Part shown: in pieces, positions 58,635 to 64,000 of the stretch
How positions within the stretch are numbered: position 1 is the stretch's first letter
Layout of the letters: each line of letters begins with the position of its first letter
Origin: a virus
Lineage: Duplodnaviria > Caudoviricetes
IMG/VR virus record: IMGVR_UViG_3300044623_001154
Location: 1 to 64,000 of that record
Reading direction: 5' to 3' (one strand)
Length of the DNA: 64,000 bases
Translations under genes and position numbers: made by a program
The notes under the pieces: model-generated
Databases searched by the model: none
What the model was told of the DNA's origin: nothing
The model's input: only the letters and a program-made list of their open reading frames with translations

Positions 58635-58715
58635 AAAAAAAGGGGATGGTAGCGAAACCTCCCCTTAGTTTGTTACCATAACAGTAACGGTCCTAAACGT
58701 CCTCAGTAAAGAGGG
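58635..58715 (-). ncRNA. Structured 3'-UTR RNA with two segments antisense to 23S rRNA H69-H71, ending in an intrinsic terminator
   Basis: + strand GGTAGCGAAA (58648-58657) and CCATAACAGTAACGGTCCTAA (58676-58696); three hairpins on the minus strand. Confidence 0.55.
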
Positions 58716-59222
58716 TTATTTTTCTTTTACTAATTGTAAACATCTCTTTAAATATTCTTTAGCTCTTGACGACGGGTCTGCGTGTGCTAATACTTTCTCA
58801 ATATCTTTAACTAATTCTTCACCATGTTGGTTTTCTTTATAAAGTTCGATAACTTTATCCATAGCACTGTGACAATTACTAGTTGTTTCATCCATATAGT
58901 TTTTACCACGGAATGTGTTTAAGTGATTCATTAAATCATAAGATAAGTGTTCACCTGAATCACTAACATCAGGATGTAACCTTAAAGTTCTTAATATGTC
59001 CAAGGCATCAACCATACCACTAATTCCACCACTTCTTTTATAAAGTTTTGAAGTGTAATTTTTAAATCCATCATTTAATCCAACGATTTCATCCAAGTTA
59101 ACCGTATTAGTTGTTAAACATCTTTTTTGTTCTTCTTTAGGTTCTTGTGTTGACTCTTGCTCAAGAAGATGTTGACGTATCGCGGTACGAAGTTTATTTT
59201 CGTTAATTATATATTTTTTCAT
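58716..59222 (-). CDS. MKKYIINE leader protein
   Basis: MKKYIINENKL...LLEQ; TATTTAT upstream. Confidence 0.75.
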   Translation of the reverse strand: MKKYIINENKLRTAIRQHLLEQESTQEPKEEQKRCLTTNTVNLDEIVGLNDGFKNYTSKLYKRSGGISGMVDALDILRTLRLHPDVSDSGEHLSYDLMNHLNTFRGKNYMDETTSNCHSAMDKVIELYKENQHGEELVKDIEKVLAHADPSSRAKEYLKRCLQLVKEK

Positions 59223-59335
59223 ACTTTTGCTTATTTATAATAATAAATATTAGTATAAATCAAAATAACTCAACAATTAATTTATATTAAATTTCGTAAT
59301 TATTTATTACATAAAAGTTAAATTAACACATATGG

Positions 59336-59557
59336 ATGATTATGAGCAGAATCAAAACATGGAAACAAATATTTTTAGGAAACCTTTCAATAAAGTTCCT
59401 TATGTTGGCAATGTTCTTCAATCCATTTGGTTTCGACATTGTACAATACTATCTGATAGTCTTAACAGGAAGTTTATTCTACGCAAACTTCGTTTTGTAT
59501 TGTATATCGGGACTATTTTTTGGATTGTATTTCTACTTTCGAAAATTTTCTAAATAA
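59336..59557 (+). CDS. Small membrane protein
   Basis: LMLAMFFNPFGFD...LY..SG.FFG motif. Confidence 0.6.
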   Translation: MIMSRIKTWKQIFLGNLSIKFLMLAMFFNPFGFDIVQYYLIVLTGSLFYANFVLYCISGLFFGLYFYFRKFSK

Positions 59558-59558
59558 A

Positions 59559-59777
59559 TTAGTCTTCATCTTCATCGTCAGGGATAATTTCATCAGACGG
59601 TAACATTAATATCATCCACATATCGAATATCATATAGTAAACCCACCAAGTTAATACTGACGATGGGTAATCTGTGGGATAAAAGATAGTTAACCACGAT
59701 AACATTATAAATTTAAACATTACTATTATTCTTGCAACAAGTAGTACTGAACTTAACAATCTTCGGAACATTTTCAT
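59559..59777 (-). CDS. Small membrane protein
   Basis: Two hydrophobic segments. Confidence 0.55.
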   Translation of the reverse strand: MKMFRRLLSSVLLVARIIVMFKFIMLSWLTIFYPTDYPSSVLTWWVYYMIFDMWMILMLPSDEIIPDDEDED

Positions 59778-60178
59778 AATTTTACTTCAAAACGGTTTTT
59801 CATTAATTCAATTTTGTCTTCAGGTACTTCGTGTTGATTAACACCCCCGTGACGATTTTCAACAATAAGTGTGAAAACTTTAAATCCGTATTCTTTCGCC
59901 ATTTCGACATACGGTTCCATTTCCCACTCTTGTGTGAATGTGTTGGACACTGCAATTCTTAAATCCCCAATTTTGTTATCAGAGTTCTTCATTGAGATTC
60001 TAACTTGGTCTTGACACCAAGCGTGTGCTTGTTTTAATTTGGTAACATCAAATTTATATTCCTTACCAACCATAAAGTACATATCAGCTTCAAAATGAAC
60101 CGCACCAATAGACTTTGCCAATGTGGTTTTACCCGCACCTGGTATACCCCTAAGAATATATAACGTTTTTTCTTTCAT
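59774..60178 (-). CDS. P-loop kinase (AAA_33/polynucleotide kinase-like)
   Basis: RGIPGAGKTT, EAD.YF, AH.WCQ, VSNTF...WE, H.VP...I..M..RF. Confidence 0.85.
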   Translation of the reverse strand: MKEKTLYILRGIPGAGKTTLAKSIGAVHFEADMYFMVGKEYKFDVTKLKQAHAWCQDQVRISMKNSDNKIGDLRIAVSNTFTQEWEMEPYVEMAKEYGFKVFTLIVENRHGGVNQHEVPEDKIELMKNRFEVKL

Positions 60179-60220
60179 ATCTCAAATATAGTGATATTTA
60201 TTAAAATAAAAAAGATATTT

Positions 60221-61213
60221 ATGAATATTAAAACAATAATTCATGAGATACTATTAGAAGCTAAAAAAAAGGATGATAGATGTACAAGATTGGCAAAACA
60301 AAAGTACGATGTTTGGCCATCGGCATACGCCTCAGGTGCGGTAGTTAAATGTCGACAAGGTAAAATTTGGAAAGAGGAAACCGAAATTGATGAAGGAACT
60401 AAAACTGATTACTCAAAAGAAAATAAATCAGGATTACACGGATGGTTTTCAAGACAAGGAGGTAAAGGCAAATCACAAGGATGGGTTGATTGTAATACCT
60501 GTCGTACCGACTCTAACGGTAAAAAAACGTGTAAATCATGTGGTAGAAGTGACGGTGAGGATAGAGCAAAATATCCTGCTTGTAGACCAACACCATCCGC
60601 ATGTGGGACAAAAGGTAAAGGTAAAAAATGGGGTAAAAAGACACCAATGAAGTTAACTGAAAATATTAAAATATCAAACGAATTAAAATATCATTTAGAT
60701 AATAACATATCATTATCTGATAATGTATTTAGAGTTTATTCTGAAAATTATTTTAGAATAATTAATGAAGTTAGAAGACTATATAATGAAAATTTAATAT
60801 CATTAAATGATGAAGACAGTTGGATTGTTGAATCTGACTTAGGAAAAAAAGTAATCCTTGAAAGTGGTGAAGAAATTTATTTGGACGCTCCAATGTATGA
60901 AGAGGATTTGGAGGAATTAATTAGTGAGGCATTACACCGTGGTAAAAATGTTAAATTAGGTAGTCCATTTAGAACACCAGGTGGACCAAAAAAATTCGCA
61001 GTTTATGTTAAAACTCCTAAAGGTACCGTAAAAAAGGTTACATTTGGTGACCCCAATTTAAGAGTTAAAAATGGTAATAAAGATAGAGCCAAATCATTTA
61101 GAGCGAGACATAATTGTGACCAAAAGAAAGATAGAACTATGGCAGGATATTGGAGTTGTAATGTCGGGAGATACGCAAAAAAATTGGGACTAAAATCATC
61201 AAGAAATTGGTAA
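60221..61213 (+). CDS. Multi-module basic Cys-rich phage protein (DUF5872/DUF6321-like modules)
   Basis: KY.VWPSAYASG...KCR; GL..WF..WVDC..YP.CRP; KKF.VYV..VKKV.FGDP...SFRARH.CD...AGYWSC; modules separated by xxE junctions. Confidence 0.75.
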   Translation: MNIKTIIHEILLEAKKKDDRCTRLAKQKYDVWPSAYASGAVVKCRQGKIWKEETEIDEGTKTDYSKENKSGLHGWFSRQGGKGKSQGWVDCNTCRTDSNGKKTCKSCGRSDGEDRAKYPACRPTPSACGTKGKGKKWGKKTPMKLTENIKISNELKYHLDNNISLSDNVFRVYSENYFRIINEVRRLYNENLISLNDEDSWIVESDLGKKVILESGEEIYLDAPMYEEDLEELISEALHRGKNVKLGSPFRTPGGPKKFAVYVKTPKGTVKKVTFGDPNLRVKNGNKDRAKSFRARHNCDQKKDRTMAGYWSCNVGRYAKKLGLKSSRNW

Positions 61214-61214
61214 T

Positions 61215-62414
61215 ATGAACGAAAGAGAATTAAAAGTTAAAACAAATTTTGAAAAGTTTATTCAAGTAACACTAATACGGTTAAAAAAACAGTATGATAT
61301 AACTTTTGAGAAAACTCCTGAAGTTGAGTTAGTTTCATTAAAATACAATATCTACAATAGTAAAGATACTTTTGAGGTATATATTAACACATTTAATAGT
61401 GAAGGTGGTCTAAATGAAAAATTTGGCTCAATATTACGTGAAACCTGTAGATTTGTACAATTGTTCAACGAGTATAATACTCAATTATTTTTTAATACCA
61501 TTGTTCCTGAAATATTTGATTCTTTAGTATCATCCGCTGAAAAATTTAAAACTGAGTTGCAAGAATATTTGTCGGGTTATGATTCGGAAGAATCTAAATT
61601 TGTGGTTGAATACGTTAAACCCGAAAACACAAATTGGAGTAGGGGTGAGGATATTTCAGTAAGAGTAATTATTACTCTATATATTAAAGACCCTAACGAC
61701 GATGATTTAAGAGATGCCGCAGAAAAAACACTTAATAGAGTGTTAACTCGTATGATTCAAAATAGTGATTTTGTTGCGTATTCATTATACACTGATGTTG
61801 AGGAAATGGATAATAACATTAATGAAATTGCTCAAATATCTACTGAGTTATCTGAGAACAAAGTAAAAAATTTTTTTACCAAACATAGTTCATCAATTAA
61901 AAAAACATTCTTAGAAGAATTGAAAAATTCAGGTGATGATGCTAAAAGTGCGTATTCTAATTTAACGAAATTAGTTAATAGTGATGAACCAATTAGTAAA
62001 GAAGAACGTGAAAAAATTGGTAACGAACTTAAAGGTGTTTTTAAAAGAACCATGGTAAAAGTTGGTATGGCTGGAATATTCTTATTACCTGGAGGAACTG
62101 TGTTTTTATTTCTTTTAAAGTTATTTAAAAACAAAAAATCTAAAACCGAGGAATTACCGTTTGACGAAATTAAAGAGGGTGATAATAAAGTACGAGTTTT
62201 TAGTGAACAAACTAACTCAGACGAGTTTAAATGGCATAGAGATAGAGAAGACCGATTAATTACAATTATTGAAGGTAATGGTTGGGGAATCCAAATAGAT
62301 AATGAATTACCTAAACAACTTGAAGTTGGTAAACAATACATCATCCCTGAAGGTGTATACCACAGAGTAATTAAAGGTGATGGGAATCTAAAAGTTTCTA
62401 TTCAATTTATATAG
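61215..62414 (+). CDS. Multi-domain protein with C-terminal cupin-like module
   Basis: R.F....S.E..WHRD.EDR...W..Q.DN.LP..L....IP...YHRVIKG.G.L. Confidence 0.7.
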   Translation: MNERELKVKTNFEKFIQVTLIRLKKQYDITFEKTPEVELVSLKYNIYNSKDTFEVYINTFNSEGGLNEKFGSILRETCRFVQLFNEYNTQLFFNTIVPEIFDSLVSSAEKFKTELQEYLSGYDSEESKFVVEYVKPENTNWSRGEDISVRVIITLYIKDPNDDDLRDAAEKTLNRVLTRMIQNSDFVAYSLYTDVEEMDNNINEIAQISTELSENKVKNFFTKHSSSIKKTFLEELKNSGDDAKSAYSNLTKLVNSDEPISKEEREKIGNELKGVFKRTMVKVGMAGIFLLPGGTVFLFLLKLFKNKKSKTEELPFDEIKEGDNKVRVFSEQTNSDEFKWHRDREDRLITIIEGNGWGIQIDNELPKQLEVGKQYIIPEGVYHRVIKGDGNLKVSIQFI

Positions 62415-62850
62415 AATCTTCAGTTTCTAATTTATTTAATTCAATCATATCATTAATTCGTTTGATTGACTTATCCTTCAACGGTAACGGAGCACCATCT
62501 TCATCAATATAAACAAATTTAGTATGTGTTTTTAAGACTATAAATTGTTTACCAGTCCTAACATTGTGAGCTCGAGCTTCAATATATAATGTTACTGAGG
62601 TTGTTCCGATAGCTGACGGCCACCCAAAAATCTTTAATAATTGACCCTCCTTTGAGGGTTTTTCAAAAACACATTTATCAATCGACACTGTAACCATTCT
62701 TGGTGTATCACACAATTGCATTGCGTAAGCAACGGCTGATGCGTCTAACCAAGCAAGTAATTTCCCCCCGAATAGATTTCCGTGAAAACCTAGGTCTGAC
62801 TTTTTTATTGGGTGAGTATTTAGTAATTCCATGTCAATATTTTTAAACAT
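62407..62850 (-). CDS. Acyl-CoA thioesterase (hotdog fold)
   Basis: DLG.HGNLFGG.LL.W.D, VTVS.D...F..P, G.TS, FV.ID..G.P. Confidence 0.88.
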   Translation of the reverse strand: MFKNIDMELLNTHPIKKSDLGFHGNLFGGKLLAWLDASAVAYAMQLCDTPRMVTVSIDKCVFEKPSKEGQLLKIFGWPSAIGTTSVTLYIEARAHNVRTGKQFIVLKTHTKFVYIDEDGAPLPLKDKSIKRINDMIELNKLETEDSI

Positions 62851-62955
62851 TTAATGTATTTTTTTGTACCTTTATCTATAATTTTATTTTTCAAAATATT
62901 TATTAAGTTCACAAATGAAAAATAAAATATATTTATAAGTATATAAAGAGTTAAA

Positions 62956-63957
62956 ATGTCACAAGAAGACCAATACAATATAAGTTTTATAAGTCGAATA
63001 TTAAAGAATAATACCTTTGGATATGACGGACTTACTTTTGATGATTCATATTCCACTAAAAAAATGGAGGGACACATTAATTATGTTGTTGATGAGATTA
63101 TTGACATTAAAAACAAGATAGTTGTTGGTGATTGGATGCCCGTAATCTATCTGAATATTTCAATTGTTGGTGGTGATGTTGATTATTTAAGTCGGTTAAA
63201 ACAAATTAAAACTATATTGGATTATGACCAATTTAACAACATTATACGACTTTTTTCAAGACAAATGATTAATGTTATCAAACATGATATTGAAGGAGTT
63301 TTAAAAAGTAGAATTGGATTTGATGGAATTGTTAATATTGAAAACATTGATGTGGTTACTGATGAAGTTAATAATTTATTAGAAGGTAAAATGAATAGAC
63401 ACGCAATTAGAACAATTGTAAAAGATATTGTTAAAGTATTAAAAACCAAAGGTGATGGGGAATATGCCTTACCTGAAGACATTAGTGATGATATGACATA
63501 TGAATTCATTAATGGTCCTAAAAATATTACAGTTGAACTTGTGATTAGACCTAATGAAGATGTGAAAACATTTTTAGTTAATGGTAATTATGTTAAACAC
63601 GAAGACACCATTGAAGTTCTTATTGTGTATAACCCTAATGGGGACATTAAAAAAATGATGTATGATATTATTGGTGAGTTAAATGATTTAATTGCCCATG
63701 AATTAGAACATTACAATCAATATACTACAGGTGAATATGATTTTGAAGATGATGAAAAAAGTGAGGAATCATTACATTATTATACAAAACCATATGAAAT
63801 AAAGGCCCAAGTTAAAGGTTTTAAAAGATTATCTAAAGTAAGACGAATTCCGTTGGAATCTGTAATTAGAAATTGGTTCGAAACCCATCCTGATATTCAC
63901 ACACTAAATCAAAGAGACCAAGAAACAGTAATCAACACATTATTACAAAACGTGTAA
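62956..63957 (+). CDS. Two-domain protein with C-terminal HExxH metallopeptidase-like domain
   Basis: IAHELEH..Q...YY....EI.A.V.G; LLE junction. Confidence 0.7.
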   Translation: MSQEDQYNISFISRILKNNTFGYDGLTFDDSYSTKKMEGHINYVVDEIIDIKNKIVVGDWMPVIYLNISIVGGDVDYLSRLKQIKTILDYDQFNNIIRLFSRQMINVIKHDIEGVLKSRIGFDGIVNIENIDVVTDEVNNLLEGKMNRHAIRTIVKDIVKVLKTKGDGEYALPEDISDDMTYEFINGPKNITVELVIRPNEDVKTFLVNGNYVKHEDTIEVLIVYNPNGDIKKMMYDIIGELNDLIAHELEHYNQYTTGEYDFEDDEKSEESLHYYTKPYEIKAQVKGFKRLSKVRRIPLESVIRNWFETHPDIHTLNQRDQETVINTLLQNV

Positions 63958-64000
63958 CTATTTCAATTTATCCATTAATTTTTTAATAAAAACACTTAAA

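Noticed and set aside
1-64000. Stop-codon reassignment as in Lak or crAss-like phages
   Set aside because: Conserved genes (dnaK, thyA, kinase) are intact in code 11, and TAG/TGA end genes at expected positions.
1-64000. tRNA, rRNA, cas, integrase or transposase genes
   Set aside because: No cloverleaf/T-loop signatures or relevant protein motifs seen; the 23S match at 58648-58696 is only two short segments, not an rRNA gene.
1-64000. Bacterial chromosome origin for the window
   Set aside because: dnaK lacks grpE/dnaJ neighbours, most ORFs are short orphans, and endolysin, holin-like genes and phage-type motifs dominate.

Overview
AT-rich (roughly 30% GC by eye), gene-dense, mostly + strand segment of a large (jumbo/T4-like) bacteriophage. 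The host is probably a Bacteroidota species: TAnnTTTG -7 promoters, A-rich starts without Shine-Dalgarno sequences, and Bacteroidota-type host-derived genes. Genetic code 11 fits. No capsid, tail, terminase, polymerase, integrase, tRNA or cas genes are visible. Recognisable genes include thyA, dnaK, Hsp20, a SlyD-like FKBP, a sirtuin, a GH19 endolysin, two lytic transglycosylases, a non-specific endonuclease, a metallophosphoesterase, HAD hydrolases, a P-loop kinase, an acyl-CoA thioesterase, a GAF-PAS-PAS histidine kinase with its receiver, and a putative T9SS cargo protein. Five things stand out. (1) A CRISPR-like array (10 x 36-nt repeats, 9 unique 30-nt spacers, type VI-B/II geometry) is translated in frame as the C-terminus of a phage protein (3893-4514), and a second degenerate array sits in the same reading register at the end of a paralog (32486-32650). 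(2) About 29 unrelated proteins share an N-terminal MK-x-I-I/L-T-E leader behind a TATTTAT promoter, with internal (I/L)xE junctions and recombination scars, resembling a greatly expanded, shuffling T4 internal-protein locus. (3) A 3'-UTR RNA element carries two segments complementary to 23S rRNA helices 69-71. (4) A non-coding origin/terminus-like region (6.2-8.8 kb) holds TGACAnnnTGTCA palindromes, DnaA-box-like 9-mers, a C-run tract and a pseudoknotted RNA candidate. (5) The phage encodes a two-component operon. All calls are from visual inspection; no database searches were run.
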